A stretch of DNA of 64,000 nucleotides, from positions 5,302,460-5,366,459 of the forward strand of contig NC_068986.1 in the NCBI RefSeq assembly GCF_001194135.2. The letters are read 5' to 3'. The notes beneath the pieces are model-generated. The model made no database searches and was not told the origin of the DNA. It saw nothing but the letters and a program-made list of their open reading frames with translations. Below, piece by piece: positions 25,380 to 37,260 of the stretch (position 1 is the stretch's first letter; each line of letters begins with the position of its first letter). The translations under genes and the position numbers were made by a program. The DNA is from Octopus bimaculoides. Lineage: Eukaryota.

Positions 25380-26101
25380 TTTGAAGTGAGCTTTATCACC
25401 CGTCCTTCTGTGCGTCGTCTTTTACCCGCCTACCATCTTTTGTTTTCTAGCTGACAGAAAAATCTAATTGAAATCGATAATTAAATCTTCGTAAAGTAGG
25501 TGTTTCTAAGCACCGATAACTTGAGATTCTATTATACGTTGGAGGATATAAACAGCAGCAGGGAACATTTAGGTAGTGTTAAAGCATCAGAAAAAAGATA
25601 TTTAGCTTTACATTTTACGTTCTGAGGTCAACTTGGCATTTCAACCTTCGGGGGGAGGGGTCGATAAAACAGTCGGTATTCATCGGTATTGGTCTAGAGA
25701 TCGCCGGTTTGAGGAGACGACGTCATTCACCCTCTACTTCAGCCTAGCCTCTTTATCTGTCATGGAAGAATGATGAGTGGGTGAATGACGTCGCGTACCA
25801 ATATCGAAGAATTACCAATTAATTAATACATAGTCCATTTAATATTCCTGTAATACATTCCTGGTGTTAATGGAATTATATTAATATATAGCAACAGACA
25901 AGGTTGACTTGGAACAGTAAACACAGTATTCTAGAGAGTTGAAATCTAAGGGAGGTTACTCTAAACGTTTGCCTACAAACACAGTTCGCACATGCCGATG
26001 TAAATACAACACCACTGTAAATATATTTTCTATAAAGTATTTTTAAAATACACCATCTTTGGAATGAGTGTTTGAAATCACAAAAAATAGATGAAATCAA
26101 A
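25380..26101 (+). promoter_or_regulatory. Probable ADAT3 promoter / 5' UTR region
   Basis: CpG-retaining, non-microsatellite sequence immediately upstream of the first ADAT3 coding exon. Contains a 15-bp inverted repeat with CRE-like TGACGTCG arms. The TSS is not determinable from sequence. Confidence 0.45.
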
Positions 26102-26153
26102 ATGCTAATTGAAGCAGTACTGGATGACGTTTACGATAAATTCGTTGAAGTTG
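26102..26153 (+). CDS. ADAT3: ADAT3 coding exon 1 (start codon tentative)
   Basis: MLIEAVLDDVYDKFVEV aligns with the ADAT3 N-terminal xPVLxD/E...VEL segment. Phase-1 donor G|GTGAGT joins in frame to exon 2. Confidence 0.75.
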
Positions 26154-27073
26154 GTGAGTGATGTTTACTGTTGATTTTGATAATGTTATTGAATGAAAAT
26201 TAATTCCTTTGGAGCGATCCAGATTTCCTGTATAATATTTACCCTTAGTGAACACATCAATCGACTATGAAACGTCCTCATATCCATTCTTTGTTATTTA
26301 TGAAGTGATGCAATTTGACTTTAGCTATAAACCACGTGGTTAAAATTCAGTTTCTCTCTTTCACAACGTAAATAAGCTCTAGGACTCGTGAGGCCTCTTA
26401 CCCGGTTCCCATGTTGTTTATGTAACTGAGATCATAACATTTTCCTGGTCCATTGCAAGGTTCAAGGCCAGCGATTTTTGAGGGGAGGAGGCAAGTCAAT
26501 TACAATGACCCCAGTACTTGATAGGCATTTATTTTAATTTATCAACTCCGAAGGGATGAACAGCAAAGTTGACCTGAGCGATATTCGAACTCAGAACGTA
26601 AAGGGCCAGAAGAAATACCGCTAAGCACTTTATCCGACATGCTAACGATTCTACAAGCTCGCCGCCTGAATAATATCTACGAGATATTTATAAACTCTTT
26701 TGGAGGTGATGTGTTGTACATAAGGTTAACACACGGTTTACCGTAGTGAAAATGCGAAAGTAAATTGTTCTAAAAAATGAATATAAATTGCGATAGAAAC
26801 CGGGGTCTAACGACAGTGACGTCCCGTTATTTCATATACCTAATGGGTATTCCTTCGATATGACTCGACAAAATCAAAACACTCCAATTCGGCTGTTTCC
26901 GTGAAAAGCACGTGCCTTGTCTTGTCAACTTTCAGTTGACGAAATAGGAGGAGAAGAAAGCTAATGGGTTGTACGTACCTGCTTGTTCCTCTCTGTGTGT
27001 GTGTCGCACGCGCTTGCTCTTGTCTGTGTGTGTGCGTGCGTGCGTGCGTTTCGGTATTATTTGATCCTTTGAC

Positions 27074-27260
27074 CCGCACGATTTTCACTAAGATAAAATT
27101 AAAAAAAAAAAACTCGAATTTTTCGTGTGGAATCAAGTACCCTGACCTCCTAATGCTGAAAACCCCTTATTTTTGTTCGGAAAAAAAAATATCCCGGAAT
27201 CATTGGAATTTTTTTTTTTAATGAATTCCGGTGCTGCAAAACCCTTTTTGGCTTCCGTAA
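27074..27260. mobile_element. Unclassified repeat (second copy at ~52355-52540)
   Basis: Both loci share ccgcacgattttcactaaga...ggaatcaagtaccctgacctcctaat...cccttatttt(t/g)gttcggaaaaaa...ggaatcattggaa. Confidence 0.65.
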
Positions 27261-28115
27261 AACGGGATGGGGTGGAGTGGACTCCTCGGAAATTTCACCC
27301 CAATCCCAATTTTCAAATATTTTTTGTTATTTCTTTCTTTACCCATAATTTTAGATAANNNNNNNNNNNNNNNNNNNNNNNNNNNNNNNNNNNNNNNNNN
27401 NNNNNNNNNNNNNNNNNNNNNNNNNNNNNNNNNNNNNNNNNNNNNNNNNNNNNNNNNNNNNNNNNNNNNNNNNNNNNNNNNNNNNNNNNNNNNNNNNNNN
27501 NNNNNNNNNNNNNNNNNNNNNNNNNNNNNNNNNNNNNNNNNNNNNNNNNNNNNNNNNNNNNNNNNNNNNNNNNNNNNNNNNNNNNNNNNNNNNNNNNNNN
27601 NNNNNNNNNNNNNNNNNNNNNNNNNNNNNNNNNNNNNNNNNNNNNNNNNNNNNNNNNNNNNNNNNNNNNNNNNNNNNNNNNNNNNNNNNNNNNNNNNNNN
27701 NNNNNNNNNNNNNNNNNNNNNNNNNNNNNNNNNNNNNNNNNNNNNNNNNNNNNNNNNNNNNNNNNNNNNNNNNNNNNNNNNNNNNNNNNNNNNNNNNNNN
27801 NNNNNNNNNNNNNNNNNNNNNNNNNNNNNNNNNNNNNNNNNNNNNNNNNNNNNNNNNNNNNNNNNNNNNNNNNNNNNNNNNNNNNNNNNNNNNNNNNNNN
27901 NNNNNNNNNNNNNNNNNNNNNNNNNNNNNNNNNNNNNNNNNNNNNNNNNNNNNNNNNNNNNNNNNNNNNNNNNNNNNNNNNNNNNNNNNNNNNNNNNNNN
28001 NNNNNNNNNNNNNNNNNNNNNNNNNNNNNNNNNNNNNNNNNNNNNNNNNNNNNNNNNNNNNNNNNNNNNNNNNNNNNNNNNNNNNNNNNNNNNNNNNNNN
28101 NNNNNNNNNNNNNNN

Positions 28116-28238
28116 NNNNNNNNNNGATATACATTATTTACATTTGACGGATATTCGTCCTCATCTTGTTTGTTGTTAACACAACGTTTCGGCTGATATA
28201 CCCTCTTGGGGAAATTTCGAACCTGGGTTCTCATTCCT
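28116..28238 (-). mobile_element. Short repeat carrying the GAAAC-GUU half of a hammerhead core
   Basis: Minus strand reads ...gagggtatatcagccGAAACGTTGTGTtaacaacaaacaagatgaggac. The distal part recurs at 40231-40278. Confidence 0.65.
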
Positions 28239-28239
28239 C

Positions 28240-28390
28240 GAGCACGGGTCAGTCGGTCCTAAGAAGCGGGCGAAAGCTTCCACGAAAGGCGCCGGATCCG
28301 TCACGAAAGCGAACGCAGTAGTAGCAGCGGCCGGCCTCGCATCGAAAGAGAATCGGGTTAATATTCCCGAACCCGAACTCGGAGAGGTGC
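28240..28390 (+). pseudogene. 28S rRNA fragment (D7a expansion region), not a functional rRNA gene
   Basis: GGGTCAGTCGGTCCTAAGA...GGGCGA and ATCGAAAGAGAATCGGGTTAATATTCCCGAA match the conserved eukaryotic LSU cores flanking D7a. GC/CpG-rich against an AT-rich background; no other rDNA nearby. Confidence 0.88.
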
Positions 28391-31300
28391 CTGTGACCGT
28401 GACATTATGACGGAGTTCTATATAGGCTTTTATGAAATTTTGGTGTCACTGTCGTCAATTCCGTATTCTATCGTCCCTTTTTGACGACGTTATGTGTCAG
28501 TACGTAAGATATTCTATTTCTCTATAAATTATGTAATACAGCAGTAACCTTTCCATCTTTAGTTTAGGCAGAATATATCAATGCATAGTACTATATTATC
28601 CAACAAGTCCCCCCCCCCTTTTTTAAAAAGTTTAATACGCCCTTCCCGTCTCAAACGAGAAAACCATAATTTGAACATCAATCAGACGATAAAGTATTTG
28701 TCACCGACCACACCATGTACCTTATACAACTCCTCGCTGCTTGTGAGTGTGTTGTTCGGTCCTTAACTAAAAAAAAAGATAGTTCTACCTGTGTATCTCA
28801 TAACTGCTCAATCACGGCTGACCTAAGTAAGCAACAACTTGCAGTTCTCAGCCATGAAAAAGCAGGAAATATCTGGAGGACGAAATCTGTACACCGCACA
28901 CAAACGTTTTAGTAGCTATCTGCATAATGTAGGGGCTGATTAACATTGACAACTAATGACGAGTCAGCAATGGTACCCCTACGTGGTCGCTCGATCTATT
29001 AAAATATCAGCCAGGTATCTCTCAAAGCAGCCAAAATATCATGTCATAGTTGAAGCATCTTTAATTCTGCTTATTCAGTGTGTTCCGGGACAAAACAGAG
29101 ACTAGATGTAAGGGAGATAAATCACTGACAAAATAGGTGACTACAATAATCTCCTCCCCCCTCTCTCTCTGAGTTGAAGAGTTTGAACCCGAAGCGTTAG
29201 CTTCTTCATAAGAATTGAACTTATCAAATTTTATATCGATTAATTTTTACTGACACCGACTTTTGAAATATTTTTTTCTAGTTCTTAAATAATTACCTGA
29301 AATAATTGTCTCAAAATTAGAAAAAAAAAGTAGTAATTACAACGTGGAAGACATGTATTAGCTATTCACCAACAATAAAACTGTTAACTTCACTTAATCA
29401 CTTACTTGGTGTCAAAATTTCCTCACACGATCTGCGACCTCGTCACTGACACAGTTTAACAGTTGCATAGTTTTTGTGTTTTTGAATGGCTGATATGTAT
29501 CTTTCATGTTGTAATTCCTTTAGTTTCGACACCCGTCTCTGATCATATTATTTAGTAGATAAGTACAATTCCGAAATTTAAAAACGTAAAGCCCCGCTGC
29601 GCGGAATCTTGCGGAATTCTGCGTTAATCACCTCATATTTTGAGGAATTTTCAGAAAATATTTGCTAATTTGTATTCCACACACGAGAATTCGTACGACT
29701 ATGAAACAAAAGTATTGTTTTTTTAATCTTTCAAATTAATTGTTTTTTAAATCAGAGTTTAAAATACAGACAGTCCGAATTTTTTGCTTAAATCCCAGGT
29801 ATAGACCATTAAATATGTTTTTGAGGAGAAAGATATGGAAAAACAAACGAGGGTGTCAGGTGGTCGTGAGATGTGCTTAAAATAACACCTACATAGCCCT
29901 TAAATCACACATTTTTTTTTGCTTTGTTTTTGCATAATCGTATGAATTCCTGTGTGTAGATCACAAATTCGCAAAAATTTTCTGAAAATTCCAAAAACTA
30001 AAAACTATTATGAGGGTTATATGGACTGCTTGAAGCAGAATTCCACCTGATTTATTGTTCATCACAGACATTAAATCAATTATTCTGTATCATTAGTTAA
30101 ACATGGTTCAGCATGACTGTTATCTAAGATTGCATAAAAATGTTAAGTAAAATGACTAAAATAAAGTTTTAAAAATCGTGCATCATTACTAACCCCCTAC
30201 TTCATGATCAGCATGCAGTTAGACCACAGTCTTATCCACAAAAGCTGTCTACTTGTTTGGCAAAACTTCTCAGTTTTCCCTGCATTAATACTTATTTAAT
30301 TGCTTCCATCCTCAAAGTTTACATAGGTCAAGATCACTGTACGTCCGTCTCTATCTCTAAATGATACTATTTCTCTCACAGGCATAAAACCTCATGTTTT
30401 CAGGGTAGTGGAATATTAGGATTGATTATATTGGTTTCAAATTTTGACACAAGGCCAGCAATTTCGGGGAAGGAATTTAGTCAATCACATCGATCTCAGT
30501 CTTCAACTGGTACTTATTTTTATTGACTCTGAAAGGATGAAAAGCAAAGTGAACTCAGAACATAAAGACGGACGAAATGCCACTAAGTCTTTTGCCCGGC
30601 ATGTTAACTATTCTGCCAGCTCACCGCTTTATTAGGATTAATGGATCTGTTCAATTTGGCTCACAGATTTTTAAATTTTTTAAAAGCTAAACAGTTTGAA
30701 ACTTCGTATACTGGTGGAATCCTGAGTACTTAACTGTCACTTATTTTATCAACCCTGAAAGAGTTGATAAAATAAGTGCCGGGAAGCATTTAAGTCATGG
30801 GAGATAACTCAGCTGCTATTGAAAACTTACTCAAATCCCTGTCATCTTCAGTAGTAATCTAGAAAATCATATCCAGTACAGCTTTAGTATCTATTATTGA
30901 TTGCTGGGTTGTTTGAAGGTCGGACTAAATACTTTATAGTATTTAGCAACATTGCTATTCAATCTGAGTCTAAATGCCGTGGAGATCAACTTTGCTTTTT
31001 ATTCTTCTGAGAAATAAGAATGTGTGTACTAGTTAAGAATTTATGTCGTTACTACTCTGGGGTAAATGCCCCCCAGCATTGCGTCCGTGTTAGTGTTCTT
31101 CTAACAAAATGCTGCGTGGTCCTAACTTTCAAGGCGCAGCCACTCTGTTTAAAGTTGTGTATGTATCCACTAACGTAGCTAGTGTGCCACCTTCGAACCC
31201 CACAAAAAACACATATTGCCTGTAGCAGACCCCAAAGTACCGCCCCTACCGTCCCCCTAGTACTCTAGTGTGTGTTTCATCATCATCGTTTTTTAACGTC

Positions 31301-31681
31301 CACTTTTCCATGTATGCATGAGTCGGACATAATTTTTTGCAATTTTCAGCTAATATTTCTCCACGTCCAAACAAGTTTTCATGAAAAATTAGATACGAAG
31401 GACATTGATTGTATGACAATCTATCACGTAACTATCACGCAATGCTTCTACAAGAAGGCAGTAACACGCACATATTCGATGATCTCTCATTTTTCGTCTA
31501 CCAAATCCACTCATTACTCTTTGGTTAGTCACGAGTTATAAGTAGAAGACACTTACCCAAGCTGTCATGTAGTGTGGCTAAACCTGAAACCATCTGATTG
31601 TGAAGCAACTTCTTAACCACATTGCTGCGTCTATGCCCCCCCGCCTCTCTCACTCACTCTCTCTCTCTCTCNNNNNNNNNN

Positions 31682-32935
31682 GTCGTTTAACTTCCGCTTT
31701 CCATGCTGGCATGGGTTGGACGGTTTGACTGAGGACTGGCAAGCCAGAAGGCTGTACCAAGTCCCAGTCTGATCTGGCAAAGTTTCTACTGCTAGATGCC
31801 CTTCCTAACACCAACCACACTCAAATGGTGCTTTTTACGTGCCAACTGGCATGGTTGCCAGTCAGGCAGTACTGGCATTGGCCAAATCAATGACTTCACT
31901 TGACTCAACAGGTCTTCGCAAGCACAGTTTATTGCCCAATAATTGAAGGGTACTCTTAATTGGGCTGGTTATGCTGCACTGGTATAGGCCATGGTTAGTT
32001 TCACTTGGCTTGTCAGGTCTTCTCAAGCACAGCATATCTGCAAAGCTCTCAGTCACTTGCTATCGTCTCCATGAGGCCCAATGTTTGAAAGTTGTGCTTT
32101 ACCACCTCATCCCAGGTCTTCCTGGGCCTACCTCTTCCACAGGTTTCCTCTACTGCTAGAGTGTTACACTTTTTCACACAGCTGTCCTCATCCATACATA
32201 ACACATGACCATGCCAGCGCAGACGTCTCTCTTGCACACCATATTNNNNNNNNNNATACATAACACATGACCATGCCAGCGCAGACGTCTCTCTTGCACA
32301 CCATATTTGATGCTTCTTATGTCCAACTTTTCTCTCAGGGTGCTCACACTCTGTCATGTATGCACACTGACATTACACATCCATCGGAGCATACTAGCTT
32401 CATTTCTTGCAAGCTTATGCGTGTCCTCAGCAGTCACAGCCCATGTTTCATTGCCATGGAGCATGGCTGTTCGCACACATGCGTCATACAGTCTACCTTT
32501 CACTCTGAGTGGCCCTTTTTTCACCAGCAGAGGTAGGAGCTCTCTGAACTTTGCTCAGGCTATTCTTATTCTAGCAGCTACACTTTCAGAGCATCCACCC
32601 CCACTACTGACTTGGTCACCTAGGTAACGGAAGTTATCAACTACTTCTAGTTTTTCTCCCTGGCATGTGACGGAAGTTGTTTTCTGCACATTTTCAGTGT
32701 TTATTGCCCCTGAGCATTTGCTGCACACAAAAACTATCTTCCCAGTTAGCCTTCCTTTGATATTGCTGCACCTCTTACATGTCCATAGCTTACACCGAGT
32801 ACATCTCATAGAGTTTCTACCTACACCTTTTCTACGGATCGTGCAGGGGTTTGTGATTTATCTGCCTTCCTACTTATTAAGACTTTGCTTTTTGCTAGAT
32901 TGATTCTAAGGCCCTTCAATTCTAGACCTTGCTTC
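31682..32935 (-). mobile_element. 5'-truncated RTE LINE with PHD-like finger, ORF2 C-terminus and 3' tail
   Basis: Reads ...LEVVDNFRYLGDQVSSGGGCSESVAARIRIA and ERRLRWHGHV...GRGRPRKTWDEVVKH, followed by the conserved tail. Confidence 0.9.
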
Positions 32936-33054
32936 CATACCTAAAACTTCTCTAGTTCTGATATAGCTTTCTGAAAAGGATGGTTTGAGTCACATTAATT
33001 TTACATTTTCACATGGTTAACATTCTTAATACTCAATAAAATCACATTTTTCAG

Positions 33055-33109
33055 TGGATGCCATTGTCTGCAGGATTTTGGACAAAAAACAAACTTGCTA
33101 TATTCAACA
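33055..33109 (+). CDS. ADAT3: ADAT3 coding exon 2
   Basis: Acceptor tttttcag|. Reads (V)DAIVCRILDKKQTCYIQ, matching human ADAT3 VLDKRQTS. Phase-2 donor CA|GTTAAG is the only nearby donor that keeps the frame. Confidence 0.85.
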
Positions 33110-34195
33110 GTTAAGTATTATTTTTTTTCTTTTTATTAATATTTTTTATGGAACTCTAAGAGGAAAATTTAAATCCAATTTTCCATGATAAGTAAATTGA
33201 AATTGTTTTGATTAACCAGGATAAAAGATAGATCAGTACTCTTTTTTTCTAGTTCTCAGTCCCAAACTGGTGAAATTTACATGGTTGCTATTCAGCGTGA
33301 ATCTCTGTAGGTCACTCTAGCTAAGGTGGAAATTTTAGAGAGCTTCAACAATGAGAAAAATTAAAAGTATTATTTATATTTCATTTTAGTCATCTGAGTA
33401 AAGGTACATGGCCTAATGGATAGGGTTTTAGCCTCCTGGTCATAGCAACATGGGTTCAATTCCTGACCTGAGCAGTGCATTGTGTCCTTGAGCAAAGCAC
33501 TTTTTTTTCACATCACTCCAGTCTACTCAGCTGTAATGAGTACCAGCTAGTGTAGCCCTCCCTTCAGCTATCACATCGTGGATGTTCTGCTGGGTGAAGA
33601 ACCCAAGAAAATGTGTATGTTAGCTTGAGACTACATTAACACCTAAAACAATTAACAAAAGCATGGTACATGTTACCAAACCATACTCACATGCAACTTA
33701 TGACTGGTTGTACTTTTTAGTCATGTATAGTTTTGTTAGTTGTCCACTCTGCTGGGTAGTTGGTGTTAGGGAGGGCATGCAGTTGTAAAAACTGGACCAA
33801 AACACACACAAGTCTGGTGCAGGCTCCTGTCTGGCCAACTACTGTCAAATCATCCAACCCATGCCAGCATGGAAGGTGGACGTTAAACAATGATGATAAT
33901 GATAATAGTTTTTTTTTTACTAGTGAAGGCACATAACCTAAAGGTTAGTGTGGTGGATTCACAATTGTAAGGATGTGATTTTGATCTCTAGACCAGGTAG
34001 TCCATTGTGTTCTTGAGTAAAACACTTCATTTTATATTACTTCAATTCTCTCAGCTGAAAATGAGTACCAGTAACAGCTGGGAGTTAACCTTATGATGGT
34101 CTGGCATCCCATTTTGACAGGTCTAAGATACGATTTATAACTTGTTAAAATCAACTGTACCAAAATGAAATAAGTATGTTCTCTTCTTTCTGCAG

Positions 34196-34269
34196 AATAC
34201 TTCAGTCTTCCCATCCATTTGATGGTCTTCAACACCTTAAGAGAGTAAAATGCTGTAAAACGCAAGAAG
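34196..34269 (+). CDS. ADAT3: ADAT3 coding exon 3
   Basis: Acceptor ctttctgcag|. Reads ILQSSHPFDGLQHLKRVKCCKTQE (conserved HP..L.HLKRV). Phase-1 donor G|GTAAAG. Confidence 0.92.
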
Positions 34270-35858
34270 GTAAAGATTAGTTTATTTTCAGTATTATTTG
34301 TATGTTTTTGGGGTTTTTTTTTTTTTTTGAGATTTATTACTTTCGTTACTATTTATAAAACTGGTTCATTATAATCACTGTTTAACGTTCACTTTTCAAC
34401 ACTTGCATGGTACAGATAGAATTTGTTGAGATAGGAGATAGATTTTCTATTTCTGGATGCCCTTCCTGTCACAAACACTCACCTGTTTCCAAGCAAGGTA
34501 ATATTTCCCTATGGCCAGACATGTTTTTCATGCAAGACTGAAAATTAACAATCTTGTTTGTATGACAGTGATGCTTTTTGACAACCATCACATGATGTCC
34601 AGATAAGGATACACACAAACACATACACATGCATGCATACATACAGAAATATATACATACATCTCATTTGTACCTATCATCATAGGTACATTAGGTTATG
34701 TACCAACAAATTTGCACAAAAACCTAGAAATACTTGTTTTCACAGAGAAACAACAAAAGAAACTGACACAGATTCTCCAAATCCAATCTATTAGTGGCAC
34801 AGTGAAGATTTGTTAGCCATTCTAAAGATTTTCCATCTGAAAATTTTCCATTCTTATGTGAATAGATGCACACACTTGGGTGTATGCACTGACAGTTCAA
34901 CCAACACACTAATTCAACTGCATACTTACAAACACCAGGAACTCTCGTAACTCCAAAAGTCTTGTCACTTTGTTAGTGACTGTCTTCTACTCTCTTAACA
35001 ACTTGATTAAAACTCAAATAAAAATCACATACACATACATACAGCTTTCAGTTTTGCCTATCAAATCCACTCACAAGACTTTGCTCAGCCCAGGACTATA
35101 GTAGAAGACACTTGCCCAAGGTGCTGTGCAGTGAGCCAAACCACTGTGTGACAGCCCAGCAGAAAATCCATGAGTAGTAAATATTCAGTTTCATAGTTAG
35201 AAGCTGTATTGAAAGGAATTAACTGAATAAAATATATGTTTGGCAAAGTGATTAGTGAATGAACAGAGAAAGCATGAGGTAGAGAAAGCCAGTTAGTCTT
35301 GTTTTAGTGCTGGTGCCACAATAAAATGCACTCAGTGCACTCTGTAAAGTGGTTAGTGATAGAAGGGCATCCAAATATAGGGTAAACCAAAATAAAACAT
35401 ACCGACAAGATGTCCTGTAGCATATCTGGGAGGGCAGTAGCTCACAATGAAAATAAACACCCTACAATGAACTGTCCTGTCCAAGGAAAACAGATATACA
35501 ATAAAATGATGTTTCTCTTTATCATTTGCTAAATTAATGAATAAAATGAATTGGATCTGTATATCTTCTTTTTTGAATTATTTATTTTAAATTTTTGTAA
35601 GTTATCGTTAATATTAAATTTGTTTAAGGTGACAGCTGGCAGAATCATTAGCACACTGGGCAAAATGCTTAGCAGCATTTTAAATTCCTCCAGGGTCGAT
35701 TTTACCTTTTATTCCTTTAGGGTCAATTTAAATAAGTACCAGTTGAACATTGAGGTCAATGTAATCAACTTATCTCCTCCCCAAAATTGCTGGCCTTGTG
35801 CCAAAATTTGAAACCAATATTAAATTTGTTTATATAAAATATTTGTCTTTATATGTAG

Positions 35859-36084
35859 GCTCAGTTTTGCAAACCATTATATGCCTCAAATCACAATTAC
35901 CAGAAGAAGTAACTAAAAACCACTTGACTCTGGAAGATTTGTTCGGAAAGGATTCAGCACCAGAAATGGCATGTCTACTCGGGAAACCTTGTGTAGTTCA
36001 AGTTCCTGTTTCAGCGCCTCATACTAGAAAGCAGTTTGAAGAAGCTTCAGTATATTGGCCTGTTCATTTCCATGAAGACAAAAG
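35859..36084 (+). CDS. ADAT3: ADAT3 coding exon 4
   Basis: Acceptor atatgtag|. Reads ...VQVPVSAPHTRKQFEEASVYWPVHFHEDK (conserved VP..AP.TR.QF......WP..FH). Phase-2 donor AG|GTAAGC. Confidence 0.95.
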
Positions 36085-37010
36085 GTAAGCTGCTTGTTGC
36101 TAGTTTCATCTTATTTTTCATTTTTATCATTCTTAACATCTTATCTCTGCCATCAACTTCCACCGATTAATATATTCACCCCTACATACCTCTGAACTCC
36201 ATCCCTGTCACTGTACATATCTCTCTCTTTCTCTCTCTCTCTCTCTTGCACATTCCTCCTTTACCCACGTCATCTTTCTACTCATCTATCTACAGTTTTA
36301 TTATATTGCTACTTTGCACATTTTCTGTAATACCACTTATGACATTCTCTTGCCTTAGCTTCTTCTATTTTCTTTCACCTTTCTTATGAAACTCATATTC
36401 ACCATTGAGAACCCTCTACTTTTCTTAACTATTCACTACATACCCCACTACCTCCATCTCTAGCTATCTGTCAGTTTCTTCTAACACTTTTGCGAATTAT
36501 CCCCCTATCCCCACCCTTCTTGATCCTCTGTGTCTATTCTCTTTTCTACTCATCTTTCTCTGTCTTGACAGTCCTGATACCTCATCACCATGTATCTTTC
36601 TTTCCAGCTACTTTCACCCACCTTTGCAGGCTAACCGTGTATCTTATCCACAGCAAGAAACCTGTCCCTGTCCTACTATCATGCTTTAACTTCTTAGTAC
36701 CTGGCATAAAGCTACCTCCCTCCCTCTCTCCAACACCCAATCCCATTTAGTCAAGGGTGTGTTTTTGTCTGTTATGTGTTAGGTGCTGACCTAACTAGTA
36801 CTTGTGCCACAAAAACAGCACCCAGTACACTCTGTAAAGTAGTTGGCATTAGATAGGGTGTCTAGCCATTGAATCTATACAAAAGCTGAGAGTGGAGCTC
36901 AGCACAATCTTCAAGTAGTCAAACAATCTAACCCGTGCCTGCATGGAAGACATCAAATGATGATGACTGATATAAACACAAAAATGTCTAAATTTCCTCC
37001 TCAAACTGTC

Positions 37011-37260
37011 TCACAGGAATTCCCAGCTGCCTTCTATGCCACAGGACTGTAGCTCCTCCTCCTTATTATCAGATTTCTTGGTAAGGATATCCTTAAATCT
37101 CTGACCATGCAAAGGGTTCTTAAGCTTCCAAGTCCTTCTTTTCCAGATTGGTCTGCTTTTGGGCATCCTTCTGGCCTCAAGTCTAAAGTCACAAACAGCT
37201 AGTCTATTCTTCACCAGGGGGTACATTCTTCACCAGGGAGGGTCTTTGTATTTAAGAGTA
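37011..37260 (-). mobile_element. RTE LINE fragment (region after the endonuclease)
   Basis: HRLAVCDF-like NRLAVCDFRLE...RPIWKRRTWKLK; homologous to 49400-49600. Confidence 0.7.

Noticed and set aside
24879-25435. Possible divergent minus-strand gene (ATGGTAGGCGG|GTAAAG at 25425-25435 and a 30-nt AG/GT-bounded exon at 24879-24908, giving MVGGNDWSLKIIL)
   Set aside because: No recognisable protein and no convincing third exon. Such short splice-like matches are expected by chance; only RNA-seq could rescue it.
28240-28390. Functional rRNA gene
   Set aside because: Only ~150 nt of 28S is present, with no 18S, 5.8S or rest of 28S. Recorded as a pseudogene fragment.
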